DNA from: a virus | Taxonomy: Duplodnaviria > Heunggongvirae > Uroviricota > Caudoviricetes | Reading direction: 5' to 3' (one strand) | IMG/VR virus record: IMGVR_UViG_2802429251_000007 | Span: 1 to 30,664 of that record | DNA length: 30,664 nt | Shown: in pieces, positions 14,926 to 24,487 of the stretch | Layout: each line of letters begins with the position of its first letter | Position numbering within the stretch: the first letter of the stretch is position 1 | Notes under the pieces: model-generated | Database searches by the model: none | What the model saw: the letters and a program-made list of their open reading frames with translations, nothing else | Told to the model about the DNA's origin: nothing | Program-made: the position numbers and the translations under genes

Positions 14926-15298
14926 TTTTCGCCGCGACTTCCCGCAGTTTGCTGACCCTGCCAAATATCCCGAAGCGCAAATCCAGTTTCGTCTGAATCT
15001 GGCCGATGAACTGCTGAGCGAAAACGTCACCGGAAAAAAGTTGTTTCCGTACTTTGCCGAGTTGTTCGTGGCTCACTACATGACGCTATGGGCGGCAGAT
15101 AGTCGGGCAATGCTGGTTGGCGGCCCGGGCGGTTCAACCAATGGTGTTCAATCCTCAAAGTCTGTTGACAAGGTAAGCGTCAGTTATGACACCAGCGCGA
15201 CGCTGAATCCTGATGCAGGTTTCTGGAATAACACCCGACATGGCGCTGAATTTTATCAGTTGATCACGATGTTCGGTGCAGGTGGTCGCCAGCTATGA
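14891..15298 (+). CDS. head-tail connector protein (DUF4054-like)
   Basis: ATG follows GAGGTAAAAA. 135 aa. The position and the motif FPQFADP...[11 protein letters not shown] resemble DUF4054 proteins from memory. Confidence 0.6.
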   Translation: MPKNQSLPAVSDFRRDFPQFADPAKYPEAQIQFRLNLADELLSENVTGKKLFPYFAELFVAHYMTLWAADSRAMLVGGPGGSTNGVQSSKSVDKVSVSYDTSATLNPDAGFWNNTRHGAEFYQLITMFGAGGRQL

Positions 15299-15849
15299 GC
15301 TTCAAAAGCGGTGTAACAACGAGGGTGGATAACGCTCAGGCCATTCTGGATGCGCTCAGGTCGCTAACCAAAAAGGATGTGCTGGTCGGCATCCCTTCGG
15401 AAGACAGCGGGCGGGATGATGTTCCGTTTGGTAATGCGGGCATCGGTTACCTCAACGAATACGGCTCACCAGAGCAGAATATCCCGCCACGACCTCACCT
15501 GGTCCCCGGCGTTAAATCGGCAGAAGAGCAGACGGTGCCGCAGCTCAAAGCCGCGGCGCAGGCTGCACTTGATGGTAATGCTGCGGGAGCAGAAAGTGCA
15601 CTCAACCGTGCCGGAACGCTGGCCGCTAATGGCGTCAGGCGTTACATGACCATTACCGGCTTTACGCCGCTTGCTGACAGTACTGTTGAAGCCCGGGCTC
15701 GTCGGGGGCGCAAGGGGGCAACACTGGAACTTGCCCGGCGTGCTGCTGGCGAATCTCCGGGAACCGATCTGGCGAAACCATTAATTGACACCGGGCAATA
15801 TCGCAGAGCCATTACCCATGTTGTGAGGGATAAAGATGCCGACTCTTGA
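15295..15849 (+). CDS. head-tail joining protein (HK97 gp10-like?)
   Basis: 184 aa, with ATGA coupling to the upstream gene. The assignment is positional. Confidence 0.5.
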   Translation: MSFKSGVTTRVDNAQAILDALRSLTKKDVLVGIPSEDSGRDDVPFGNAGIGYLNEYGSPEQNIPPRPHLVPGVKSAEEQTVPQLKAAAQAALDGNAAGAESALNRAGTLAANGVRRYMTITGFTPLADSTVEARARRGRKGATLELARRAAGESPGTDLAKPLIDTGQYRRAITHVVRDKDADS

Positions 15850-16225
15850 TGTAACAGATGTGCTTTTTGACCCCGATTTTTGCGACTTCAATTTGTGGGT
15901 AACACGCCGAGTGCAAACGGTGGATGAGGACGGGATCGGCAGCGACAGTGAAGTTAAAAAGCAGTTTGCCGGAGTCGTAACTGTTGATCGCTCTCTGGAA
16001 AACCGCCGTATGCAGGCAGGGCAGGTAATCAGTGGTGCAATTCTGATTGTGACGACTGAGCGACTGACGCAGGGACAGACTGGCCGTGATTCCGATATCG
16101 TGACGTATCAGGGCCGTGATTACCGTGTGACCTTCGTCGACCCGTATACAGCTTATGGTGCCGGATTCGTTCAGGCGCATTGTGAGTTGCTGCCGTTTGA
16201 TGGGGGAATTCCGGTTGAGCAATAA
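15836..16225 (+). CDS. head-tail/neck protein, hypothetical (129 aa)
   Basis: ATG follows GAGGGA. The gene overlaps both neighbours in operon fashion. Confidence 0.5.
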   Translation: MPTLDVTDVLFDPDFCDFNLWVTRRVQTVDEDGIGSDSEVKKQFAGVVTVDRSLENRRMQAGQVISGAILIVTTERLTQGQTGRDSDIVTYQGRDYRVTFVDPYTAYGAGFVQAHCELLPFDGGIPVEQ

Positions 16226-16763
16226 CACCAGCACAGAGCGCGGATGGCTGATACCAACCAGTGGCGATCCGGATTATGACGAAGCGCTCGACAGGCTGTT
16301 AAGCCAGTGGATGCGTAACGTTTCCGGTCTGTCTGCCGGGATGGTTCGTCCGCGCTGGCAGAAAGAGCAACCGCCACTGCTACCAGCTGAAACGAACTGG
16401 TGTGCGTTTGGGGTTATCGGATGGTCAGGTGATGACAGCCCGGCATTCACCAGACAGACCGATGATGGCTCTCAGCTCTGGCGGCATGAAACGATTGAGT
16501 GTATGGCTTCGTTTTATGGTCCGGCGGGGATGGTGTATGCGTCCCGGTTTCGTGACGGTATATCTGTACCGCAGAACAACGCAGCACTGAATGCGCTGGG
16601 GCTGTCTCTTGGCGATTACACAGGTCTGACTCCCTTCCCTGAACTTATTAATCAGCAATGGGTCCGCCGCTACGATATGACGGTGCGTCTGCGCCGGAAG
16701 GTTGTGCGCGAGTACGGTATTAAATCGCTGGTGGAAGCACCAGTCATCTTTTTCGGAGATTAA
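16200..16763 (+). CDS. putative neck/tail-terminator protein
   Basis: ORF immediately upstream of the sheath gene. The start is uncertain: ATG 16200, or TTG 16215 following GGGGGA. Confidence 0.5.
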   Translation: MGEFRLSNNTSTERGWLIPTSGDPDYDEALDRLLSQWMRNVSGLSAGMVRPRWQKEQPPLLPAETNWCAFGVIGWSGDDSPAFTRQTDDGSQLWRHETIECMASFYGPAGMVYASRFRDGISVPQNNAALNALGLSLGDYTGLTPFPELINQQWVRRYDMTVRLRRKVVREYGIKSLVEAPVIFFGD

Positions 16764-16766
16764 GCT

Positions 16767-17912
16767 ATGGCACAGGGCTTGCCTGTATCAAACGTTGTTA
16801 ATGTTGATGTGATCATGTCGCCGCGTGCAGCATCAGGGCGAAATTTTGGTGCATTACTCATTCTCGGCCCGTCCACAATCATTCCGGTAAGTGAGCGCAT
16901 TCGCCGTTATTCTGCCGCGGAAGATATTGGAAAAGATTTTGGCGTGGAATCACCAGAATATAAGGCTGCGCAGGTGTTTTTCTCACAATCACCGAAACCT
17001 CAGGAGGTTTTTGTTGGTCGTTGGGTGAAAACGAAGGGAGACAGCGAACAGGCCACGCCTGAGACGCTGGAGCAGGCTGTGAATGCCATGCTCGATTATA
17101 CTTCATGGTATGGGCTGGGGATTGCAGACGATGAAGATATTCCGGATGCAGACTGGCTGAAAGTGGCTGCGGCGATCGAATCCTCTTCTGTAAGCCGTAT
17201 TCTGGCGATTACGACAAGCGATGAGAAATGCCTGCAGACTGCATCCAGCGATGATTTGGCATCAAAACTGAAAACCGCCGGATATTCACGCAGTTTTATT
17301 CAGTATTCATCGGGTAATAAATACGTTGCGTTATCTGCATTTGGCCGGGCATTCACGGTTAATTTCAATGGCAGTAATACCGCGATTACGCTCAAGTTTA
17401 AGCAGGAGCCGGGTGTCGGGTATGAAACACTGACAGTCAGCCAGGCATCGGCACTTGATGCAAAAAACTGCAATGTGTTCGTGTACTACCAGAATGATAC
17501 GGCTATCCTCCAGCAGGGAGTGATGGCTAACGGCGATTTCTTTGATGAACGCCACGGCCTGGACTGGTTACAGAATTATGTGCAGACCAACCTCTATAAC
17601 CTGCTTTATACCAGTACCACGAAAGTTCCCCAGACTGAAGCCGGTATTACCCGACTGTTATCAAATGTTGAAAAATCACTGGATCAGGCCGTTCAGAATG
17701 GACTGATTGCTCCGGGCGTATGGAACGGGGGCGACCTTGGTCAGTTGTCATCAGGTGACACACTGCCCAAAGGTTATTACGTATACGCTCAGCCGCTGGA
17801 TGAACAGGCTCAATCAGAACGTGAAGCCCGTAAGGCTCCGGTGATTCAGGCTGCAATAAAACTTGCAGGCGCGGTTCATTACGCTGACGTACAGATTAAC
17901 GTTGTTCGCTAA
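16767..17912 (+). CDS. contractile tail sheath protein (DUF3383-type)
   Basis: 381 aa, SD GGAGA. It is followed by a tube-sized gene, a chaperone and the tape measure. The sequence fits the DUF3383 sheath family from memory. Confidence 0.75.
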   Translation: MAQGLPVSNVVNVDVIMSPRAASGRNFGALLILGPSTIIPVSERIRRYSAAEDIGKDFGVESPEYKAAQVFFSQSPKPQEVFVGRWVKTKGDSEQATPETLEQAVNAMLDYTSWYGLGIADDEDIPDADWLKVAAAIESSSVSRILAITTSDEKCLQTASSDDLASKLKTAGYSRSFIQYSSGNKYVALSAFGRAFTVNFNGSNTAITLKFKQEPGVGYETLTVSQASALDAKNCNVFVYYQNDTAILQQGVMANGDFFDERHGLDWLQNYVQTNLYNLLYTSTTKVPQTEAGITRLLSNVEKSLDQAVQNGLIAPGVWNGGDLGQLSSGDTLPKGYYVYAQPLDEQAQSEREARKAPVIQAAIKLAGAVHYADVQINVVR

Positions 17913-17922
17913 GGGGAAGTGA

Positions 17923-18363
17923 ATGTCTACCTATTCTTTTATGGATGTCACTGCGACGCTGACCGGGCCGACCGGTTCGATTGACCTCGGGTACGGTTCG
18001 GCAAGTTCTGAAGAGGGGATTGTGGTTGCGATGGGCGGTCCTAAAAACACCATGACCATCGGTGCTGATGGCGAAGTGATGCACAGTCTCCATGCAGATA
18101 AAAGCGGGACGATTACCGTTAACCTTCTGAAGACATCACCGACAAATAAAAAATTGTCGCTGGCGTATAACGCACAGAGCCAGTCTTCTGCCACATGGGG
18201 GAATAACGTTATCGTGATCCGCAACAAGGTCAGCGGCGACATCATCACGGCACGCAGTGTTGCGTTCCAGAAACAACCGGATAACGCCAACGCTAAAACC
18301 GGTAATACGATGCCGTGGGTATTTGACTGCGGCAAGATTGACCAGGTTCTCGGGGAGTTTTAA
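17923..18363 (+). CDS. tail tube protein (DUF3277-type)
   Basis: 146 aa directly after the sheath gene, with a strong SD. It fits the DUF3277 family from memory. Confidence 0.75.
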   Translation: MSTYSFMDVTATLTGPTGSIDLGYGSASSEEGIVVAMGGPKNTMTIGADGEVMHSLHADKSGTITVNLLKTSPTNKKLSLAYNAQSQSSATWGNNVIVIRNKVSGDIITARSVAFQKQPDNANAKTGNTMPWVFDCGKIDQVLGEF

Positions 18364-18366
18364 TAC

Positions 18367-18819
18367 ATGGAATTCGAAATCAAAGGCGTGAAATATCGCG
18401 TGGCAAAACTCAGCGTTTTTGACCAGCTGAAAGTGACCCGCAAACTTCTGCCGGTGCTGGCAGGAATGATGTCAGATTTCGGGAGCATTCGCTCCCGTTT
18501 GCCTGCTGATGGCAAAATCGACACCGTGAAATTCGAGCAGTTAAAACCGGTGTTTGAAACCATGCTCCCGCGTATCGCTGAGGAACTGTCTTCCCTGACC
18601 GAAGATGACACCGATGCGATTATTCATCCCTGTCTTGCGGTGGTGTCGCGGCGTCATATGGACGGATGGGTGCCGGTATTTACCCGGGGCGAACTGATGT
18701 TTGATGATATTGACCTGCTGGTCATGCTTCATCTGGTGGCGCGGGTGGTCGCCGATTCGCTGGGAAATTTTTTGCCTACACCCCTTACCAGCACGACGCA
18801 GAGCCTGCAACAGGGCTGA
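18367..18819 (+). CDS. tail assembly chaperone (short form)
   Basis: 150 aa between the tube and tape measure genes. It contains a slippery run near its 3' end. Confidence 0.7.
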   Translation: MEFEIKGVKYRVAKLSVFDQLKVTRKLLPVLAGMMSDFGSIRSRLPADGKIDTVKFEQLKPVFETMLPRIAEELSSLTEDDTDAIIHPCLAVVSRRHMDGWVPVFTRGELMFDDIDLLVMLHLVARVVADSLGNFLPTPLTSTTQSLQQG

Positions 18820-19007
18820 CGTTTAACAGCCTGCCGGACGGGCTGTCCTACCTTCTCAATCCGGTTGACGCCGGGTTAATTCCTTATACAGCACTTAAAG
18901 ATGGCTCTGTCGATTTGTACGACATTGCTCTCTTGAATGACCATCTGGCGGTAAAAGCGGATAACCAGCGGCGCATTGAGAAATGGAGAGAGGATAATGA
19001 ACGCTGA
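18367..19007 (+). CDS. tail assembly chaperone, frameshift-extended form (about 213 aa; join 18367..18771 with 18771..19007)
   Basis: Analogue of lambda G/GT. The extension ...FAYTPYQHDAEPATGLTFNSLPDGLSYLLNPVDAGLIPYTALKDGSVDLYDIALLNDHLAVKADNQRRIEKWREDNER has no start codon of its own and ends just inside the tape measure gene. Confidence 0.55.
18762..18773 (+). promoter_or_regulatory. -1 programmed frameshift slippery run GGGAAATTTTTT (heptamers G_GGA_AAT and A_AAT_TTT)
   Basis: In the chaperone frame the codons read CTG GGA AAT TTT TTG. Both overlapping heptamers fit X_XXY_YYZ. The -1 frame is open from 18714 to the TGA at 19005-19007. Confidence 0.55.
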
Positions 19008-20985
19008 AACTATTAAAGATTTCCTCGTCTCGCTTGGCTTCAGTGTGGATGATGCAGGAGCGAAAAAGTTCGGTTCTGTCCTCGCCGGTACAACGGCAAA
19101 TGTCATCAAAATGGGGCTGGCCGTTGAAGGAGCCGCGCTGTCCGTGGTGGCCTTCACGGCTAAGATCGCCTCCGGTCTGGATAATCTTTACTGGGCGTCA
19201 CAGCGCACCGGCGCGACAGTCCAGGGAATTCAGTCTATTGGCTATGCGGTTTCGCAGGTTGGCGGCAGCGTGGACGCTGCGCGATCTTCTCTGGAAAACC
19301 TCTCCCGGTTTATTCGTAATAATCCCGGGGCGGAGGGATTTCTGAATCGCCTGGGCGTACAGACCCGTGATGCCAGCGGTAACATGCGTGACATGGCCGC
19401 TATCTTTACGGGCGTTGGACAGAAACTCAGCAGCATGCCGTATTACCGGGCTAACCAGTATGCGCAGATGCTGGGCATTGACGAAAATACCCTTATGGCG
19501 ATGCGCCGGGGTGTGGGTGGCTTCTCCGGGCAGTACAGCGCAATGGCGAAAGCTATCGGCTTCAATGCTGACGAGGCGGCCAGAAGCTCCAACAAATTTA
19601 TGACCTCCTTGCGTGAGTTTAGCGCGATGGCAGGCATGGCCCGTGACAAAATCGGCTCTAATCTTGCGGGTGGGCTTGCAGGTTCGCTGGACACCCTGCG
19701 CCGCCATATCCTGGACAACTTCCCTCGTATCGAGCAGACCCTGACGAAAGCCATAAAAGGCATTCTGGCGCTCGGGGATATTATCGGGCGGCTGTTCTTC
19801 AGACTGATTGAGGGGACATCAGGCCTTATCACCTGGTGGCAATCGCTGGATAAGCAAACGCGGGAGTTGATCTCGCTGTTTGGCGCACTGACGATTGCGC
19901 TGCGCATTCTGAACAGTACGTTCTGGATGTCGCCGGTTGGCCTCATTACCGCGCTGGCGGCGGGGATTGCCCTCCTGTGGGAGGACTATCAGACCTGGAA
20001 GGAAGGCGGCGACAGCCTGATTGACTGGGGCAAGTGGAAACCGGAGGTCGATGCCGCGCTGAAGATGGTTCGTGACCTTAAAACGACCGTTAACGATCTG
20101 GCGAAAGCGCTGGCGAAACTACTCAATATTGACCCCAAATCATGGTCCCTGAAGTGGGATTTCAGCAACTTCATCGACCAGATGGGCGAATTCAGCAAAA
20201 TGCTGAACATGATCGCCGACCTGCTCAACGCTATCAAAGATGGACGCTGGGCTGATGCCGTCAGCATCGGCAAACAGATACTTAATCAGGGCAGCGAAAA
20301 TCCGTCAGCGATGCCGATGGTTACAGACAGCGCTAACAGTACTGCCGACTGGATTAAAGAGCACTGGGGATTCGATCCCCGCAGTGTGGGCCGGACGGTA
20401 CGCGGCTGGTTTGGTGATGATGAGCCGGAACAACATGCACAGGCTACGAAACGAGGAGAACGGAATAACAATCCGGGAAACCTTAATTTTGCTGGTCAGG
20501 CGGGGGCTTCTCTTGAACACCCGGGCGGGCGATTTGCCAGATTTGAAACTGCCTTTGATGGATTACGGGCTCTTGCTCGTCAGTTAATGTTGTACGCCGG
20601 GCGAGGAATAAACAGTGTGGAAAAAATTATCTCTACCTGGGCACCTGCCTCTGATAATAACAACACAACTGCGTATATCAGGGCTGTATCGCAACGACTG
20701 GGAGTGGATCCCCGGGCTGCCCTGAATATGAGCGATCCGAAAACCATGTCAGCATTGATGAGCAGCATTATCCAGCATGAAAATGGAAGAAATATCTATT
20801 CTCGAGAGCTGATTAATAAGGCTGCCGTGGCGGGAATTAGTGGCAAAATGACAGAGGTTAACCAGCAAAATACCTACCACATTTACGGTGGCGGAGATCC
20901 GCACGCTGTCGGTAATGAGGTTGCACGTCGGCAACAGTCTGCAAATGCTCAGGTTATGCGAAGTAATCAGGTGAGGGTGGGTTAG
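18997..20985 (+). CDS. tail tape measure protein
   Basis: 662 aa, ATG 18997 follows GGAGAGAGG. It has long helical and hydrophobic segments and a conserved-looking C-terminal module (RNNNPGNLNF...ISTWAP...NNTTAYI). Confidence 0.85.
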   Translation: MNAETIKDFLVSLGFSVDDAGAKKFGSVLAGTTANVIKMGLAVEGAALSVVAFTAKIASGLDNLYWASQRTGATVQGIQSIGYAVSQVGGSVDAARSSLENLSRFIRNNPGAEGFLNRLGVQTRDASGNMRDMAAIFTGVGQKLSSMPYYRANQYAQMLGIDENTLMAMRRGVGGFSGQYSAMAKAIGFNADEAARSSNKFMTSLREFSAMAGMARDKIGSNLAGGLAGSLDTLRRHILDNFPRIEQTLTKAIKGILALGDIIGRLFFRLIEGTSGLITWWQSLDKQTRELISLFGALTIALRILNSTFWMSPVGLITALAAGIALLWEDYQTWKEGGDSLIDWGKWKPEVDAALKMVRDLKTTVNDLAKALAKLLNIDPKSWSLKWDFSNFIDQMGEFSKMLNMIADLLNAIKDGRWADAVSIGKQILNQGSENPSAMPMVTDSANSTADWIKEHWGFDPRSVGRTVRGWFGDDEPEQHAQATKRGERNNNPGNLNFAGQAGASLEHPGGRFARFETAFDGLRALARQLMLYAGRGINSVEKIISTWAPASDNNNTTAYIRAVSQRLGVDPRAALNMSDPKTMSALMSSIIQHENGRNIYSRELINKAAVAGISGKMTEVNQQNTYHIYGGGDPHAVGNEVARRQQSANAQVMRSNQVRVG

Positions 20986-21572
20986 TGGATATTCTCTCTA
21001 CACTTTTTCATCAGCAGAGCAGAAAAATAGGAATGATTGTTCCCAGTGTTGTTATTTCAGAGAAGCATACAGATATGCTTGAAATAACCGAGCATCCGGT
21101 AGAGGTTGGGGCTGCTGTCGCTGATCATGCCTATAAAAAACCGTCAGAAGTGGTGATGGAGGTTGGTTTCGCCGGTGGCGGCACATTGCTGGATTTTGCC
21201 AGTAACCTGACGGCTACCAGCCTGCTCGGCCTGAGTCCTCAGCAGACGTATCAGGAGCTACTGGATTTGCAGGAAAGCCGTATCCCCTTCGATGTGGTAA
21301 CCGGTAAACGGCTGTACAGCAACATGTTGATCCGGGCGCTGGAAGTGACGACGGACAAGACAACCGAAAATGTCCTGTCCGCCGTCCTTACCCTGAGGGA
21401 GGTCCTTATCTCCCGGACACAGCAGATTACCGTCGCGGATAAAACCAACATGAAGGAAGGGGCCAGCACGTCGGCGGTACAGAATAGCGGCAACAAAACC
21501 ACAAAGCCTCCAGATACTTCACTGCTGAAAAGCATTACGGGTAACGTGGCGTCATTACTGGGGGGCGGCTAA
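20985..21572 (+). CDS. tail/baseplate assembly protein (Dit-like?), 195 aa
   Basis: The GTG overlaps the tape measure stop (TAGTG). It is the first gene after the tape measure. The call is positional with weak family recall. Confidence 0.5.
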   Translation: MDILSTLFHQQSRKIGMIVPSVVISEKHTDMLEITEHPVEVGAAVADHAYKKPSEVVMEVGFAGGGTLLDFASNLTATSLLGLSPQQTYQELLDLQESRIPFDVVTGKRLYSNMLIRALEVTTDKTTENVLSAVLTLREVLISRTQQITVADKTNMKEGASTSAVQNSGNKTTKPPDTSLLKSITGNVASLLGGG

Positions 21573-21874
21573 TGACAATTCAGGAAATTCCGCTGACAGC
21601 GGACAATCAGCAGTTCAGCATCGTCCTGGGTGGTGTCACCTGGCGGATTAGCATCATATGGCGCGATCTGTACTGGATTATGGACCTGCAGAACGACAGA
21701 GGGGAGCCGGTAATCTCCGGTATTCCTCTCGTCACTGGTGCTGACCTGCTGGCGCAGTACGCCTGTATGGGGCTTGGTTTTAAGCTGGTGGTGGTCTGTG
21801 ATGACAACACACAGGATTACCCCACAAAAACTGACCTGGGCGGTCGCAGCCATTTACTGGTATCAACGGAGTAA
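21572..21874 (+). CDS. small baseplate (plug-like) protein, 100 aa
   Basis: The ATG overlaps the upstream stop (TAATG). Operon position in the baseplate module. Confidence 0.45.
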   Translation: MTIQEIPLTADNQQFSIVLGGVTWRISIIWRDLYWIMDLQNDRGEPVISGIPLVTGADLLAQYACMGLGFKLVVVCDDNTQDYPTKTDLGGRSHLLVSTE

Positions 21875-21876
21875 GC

Positions 21877-22941
21877 ATGTCACAGAACTGGATGAGACAT
21901 TTCGAGCTGCAGCTTGTGGACGGGAACGGTCAGGGAATTGAGCTAAGTGATTTCAAAGTCACCTTTACGATCGACTGGTTCAACATCAGCAGCGCGTCCC
22001 GGGTAGGGACTATCAAAATTTATAACCTCTCGGCAGATACTGTGAACCGAATCACTGGGAAGGAATTTTCGAAAGTGCGGCTGATTGCCGGTTACGACGG
22101 TATCGCGCCGGAGGTGGCGGCAAGCGACGTCGGGACCGTGCGCGAAGTCGACGCGGCGGACGTGGGCCAGACAGATGGCCGCAACTACGGACTGATTTTC
22201 AGCGGTGAAATTCGCTACTCGGTCACAGGAAAAGACAGTCCGGTTGATACCTACGTCCTGATTCAGGCAGCAGATACTGATCTGGCATTTGCCACCAGTA
22301 TAACCTCACAGACGCTGGCTGCCGGTTACACGGTCGCAGATGTGAACCGTGCGCTGATGAAAGACTTTGAGGCCAAAGGCGCGACCGAAGGACTGACGCC
22401 TGAAATGCCTGCTACCGTATACCCTCGAGGGCGGGTGCTGTTCGGCATGACACGGCATCTTATGGATAACGTGGCCGGACAATGTGGCGCAACATGGCAA
22501 TTTGTGGACGGTCAGCGCCAGATGGTGGCGAATAACGAGTATGTTCACGACGCGATTGTGCTCAACAGCGCCACCGGGCTTATCGGCATGCCGCAGCAGA
22601 CTATCGGCAACGGTGTAAACGTCCGCGCTCTTATTAATCCGAACATCCGGGTTAACGGGCTTATTCAGCTGGATCAGGCTTCCGTGTACCGCACCGCGCT
22701 GTCGAACAATGATATTGCGATGGCTGGTGGGCAGATCACCGACCAGAACACGGACGGAAATATCACGCTAAGCGGCACCACATCGCAGCCTGCCAGCATC
22801 GCAACGGATGGCGTTTATATTGTGCGCGGGATTATGTACACTGGCGACACAAGGGGCCAGGCGTGGTACATGGATATGATGTGCTTTGCTCGAGGTGCTA
22901 GTGATATTCCTAGCCAGTCAGCGATGAATCGAGGTGCATAA
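21877..22941 (+). CDS. baseplate hub-like protein, 354 aa
   Basis: A large protein located between the tape measure module and the spike. The call is positional with weak family recall. Confidence 0.55.
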   Translation: MSQNWMRHFELQLVDGNGQGIELSDFKVTFTIDWFNISSASRVGTIKIYNLSADTVNRITGKEFSKVRLIAGYDGIAPEVAASDVGTVREVDAADVGQTDGRNYGLIFSGEIRYSVTGKDSPVDTYVLIQAADTDLAFATSITSQTLAAGYTVADVNRALMKDFEAKGATEGLTPEMPATVYPRGRVLFGMTRHLMDNVAGQCGATWQFVDGQRQMVANNEYVHDAIVLNSATGLIGMPQQTIGNGVNVRALINPNIRVNGLIQLDQASVYRTALSNNDIAMAGGQITDQNTDGNITLSGTTSQPASIATDGVYIVRGIMYTGDTRGQAWYMDMMCFARGASDIPSQSAMNRGA

Positions 22942-22943
22942 TA

Positions 22944-23669
22944 GTGAGCAGGCTTGCGATAACCACAATCGTATTTTCTCTTTTTTTAACTTCATGTAGT
23001 TGGGATCCTAATGGTGCTAAAGCGCAGGGAAAATGGCTATCCCAAAAAAATGAAGAAAAACAAGCGTACGATAAGCAAGTTGAGGAGAGCCAGAAAAGCA
23101 GGCTTCAAATACAGCGCGAAGAAAAGTCTCAATTTGAAGTTTCACATCCAGAGGTTATCGTTGCTGGTGTTGGGAACGAGCTTAAAAGTAAGGGTGCAGA
23201 ATCTTTGCGAGATGCGTACAACAGCATTCCATTCGTAACTCGTTATCCGGGAACCACGGACCCTAACAAAGTTTATACCTATGTCGGTGACTACAAATTA
23301 AATTTGCAACTGGTTAACACATCTGTGCTTTCTCAGATCTCAGATTGCAAACGCATTTCAGCGTATGCCGATGTTGATATTAATCGTACTTGCTTCAATC
23401 AAATTGGAAATGATTTGAGTTTGTTTGCATCTGTAATTAAAGACAAAAATATTACTGGAATTGCAAAAAAAGCAGCTCTACGAGATTCAACTTACGGAAC
23501 TAAAATTGATTTTGGTCATGCTGCGCGTTTAGCAAAAATGCATGCCACTTTATGCCAAAAGCAGGGCGGTAAAGGATTTGTCAAAATGTCGACTGTAGCT
23601 GTGCCTTGCGGCTCTTCAGGCGATGTAATTAACTATCGAAGCGCCGGTAAGATGGGGCTTATAAACTGA
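22944..23669 (+). CDS. lipoprotein of unknown function (241 aa), moron inside the baseplate operon
   Basis: GTG start 7 nt after GAGGTG. Signal peptide with lipobox LTS|C (MSRLAITTIVFSLFLTSC) and Ser at +2. Visibly AT-richer than both neighbours. It is followed by its own strong terminator. Confidence 0.75.
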   Translation: MSRLAITTIVFSLFLTSCSWDPNGAKAQGKWLSQKNEEKQAYDKQVEESQKSRLQIQREEKSQFEVSHPEVIVAGVGNELKSKGAESLRDAYNSIPFVTRYPGTTDPNKVYTYVGDYKLNLQLVNTSVLSQISDCKRISAYADVDINRTCFNQIGNDLSLFASVIKDKNITGIAKKAALRDSTYGTKIDFGHAARLAKMHATLCQKQGGKGFVKMSTVAVPCGSSGDVINYRSAGKMGLIN

Positions 23670-23690
23670 AAAGATCAAATTAGTCACATA

Positions 23691-23716
23691 AAACCCGCCG
23701 GATGGCGGGTTTTTTG
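23691..23716 (+). terminator. strong rho-independent terminator after the lipoprotein moron
   Basis: Stem ACCCGCC (23693-23699) / GGCGGGT (23704-23710), loop GGAT, flanked by AAA upstream and a T6 run downstream. Confidence 0.85.
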
Positions 23717-23734
23717 CTTTCTGGAGCCTACTAA

Positions 23735-24487
23735 ATGGCAGTATCTGACCAGACCCGCAGCGGCGACCTTGCCGAAACATTTAAATCTGAACGGGAAACA
23801 ACAAAGAACCAGATCCGTGTCGCCTTGCCAGGCATTGTTCAGTCATTCGCTCCTGATGCGGTGACGGCGGTTGTACAGCCTGCTATCCGTTACGTTGAAA
23901 TTGATAACGACGGCAACCGCATTACCAAAAATTACCCATTGCTGGTGGATGTGCCAGTGGTATTCCCGCGTGGCGGAGGCTGTACGCTAACGTTTCCAGT
24001 TAAAGCCGGTGATGAATGCCTGGTGATTTTTGCCGATCGTTGTATTGATTTCTGGTGGCAGAGTGGCGGGATACAGGAGCCGGTCGATGACCGGGTGCAT
24101 GATTTATCGGATGCTTTCTGTATCGTCGGGCCGCAGTCTCAGGCGCAGAAAATAAGCGGAATAAGCACCAGTGGCGCGCAGCTGCGTAGTGACGACGGCA
24201 GCACCTATTTTGAGCTTAATCCTGATACCAGGAAAATTAAAATTGTCGCTCCGGGTGGTCTTGATGTGGTTGCCCCTCTGGCTGATTTTTCTGAGAAAGT
24301 AACCATTCATGGCCTGTTAACCTGGATGGGGGGCATGGTGGGGTCTGTTGTTTCTGGTGTGGCTTCAAAAATCACTGGTGCTGTTGAGTTTTTGGGTAGC
24401 GTGAAGGCTAACGGCAAGCTAATCGATGATACGCACACTCATGGTGGTGTTCAGCGCGGTGGAAGCAATACCGACGGAGTAAACTGA
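23735..24487 (+). CDS. central spike protein (gp138 / phage spike family)
   Basis: The motifs ...ALPGIVQSF...VQPAI...PLLVDVPVVFPRGGG..LTFPVKAGDECLVIFADRCID.W... and the C-terminal DDTHTHGG (HxH apex motif) are typical of gp138/gpV-type membrane-piercing spikes. Confidence 0.75.
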   Translation: MAVSDQTRSGDLAETFKSERETTKNQIRVALPGIVQSFAPDAVTAVVQPAIRYVEIDNDGNRITKNYPLLVDVPVVFPRGGGCTLTFPVKAGDECLVIFADRCIDFWWQSGGIQEPVDDRVHDLSDAFCIVGPQSQAQKISGISTSGAQLRSDDGSTYFELNPDTRKIKIVAPGGLDVVAPLADFSEKVTIHGLLTWMGGMVGSVVSGVASKITGAVEFLGSVKANGKLIDDTHTHGGVQRGGSNTDGVN

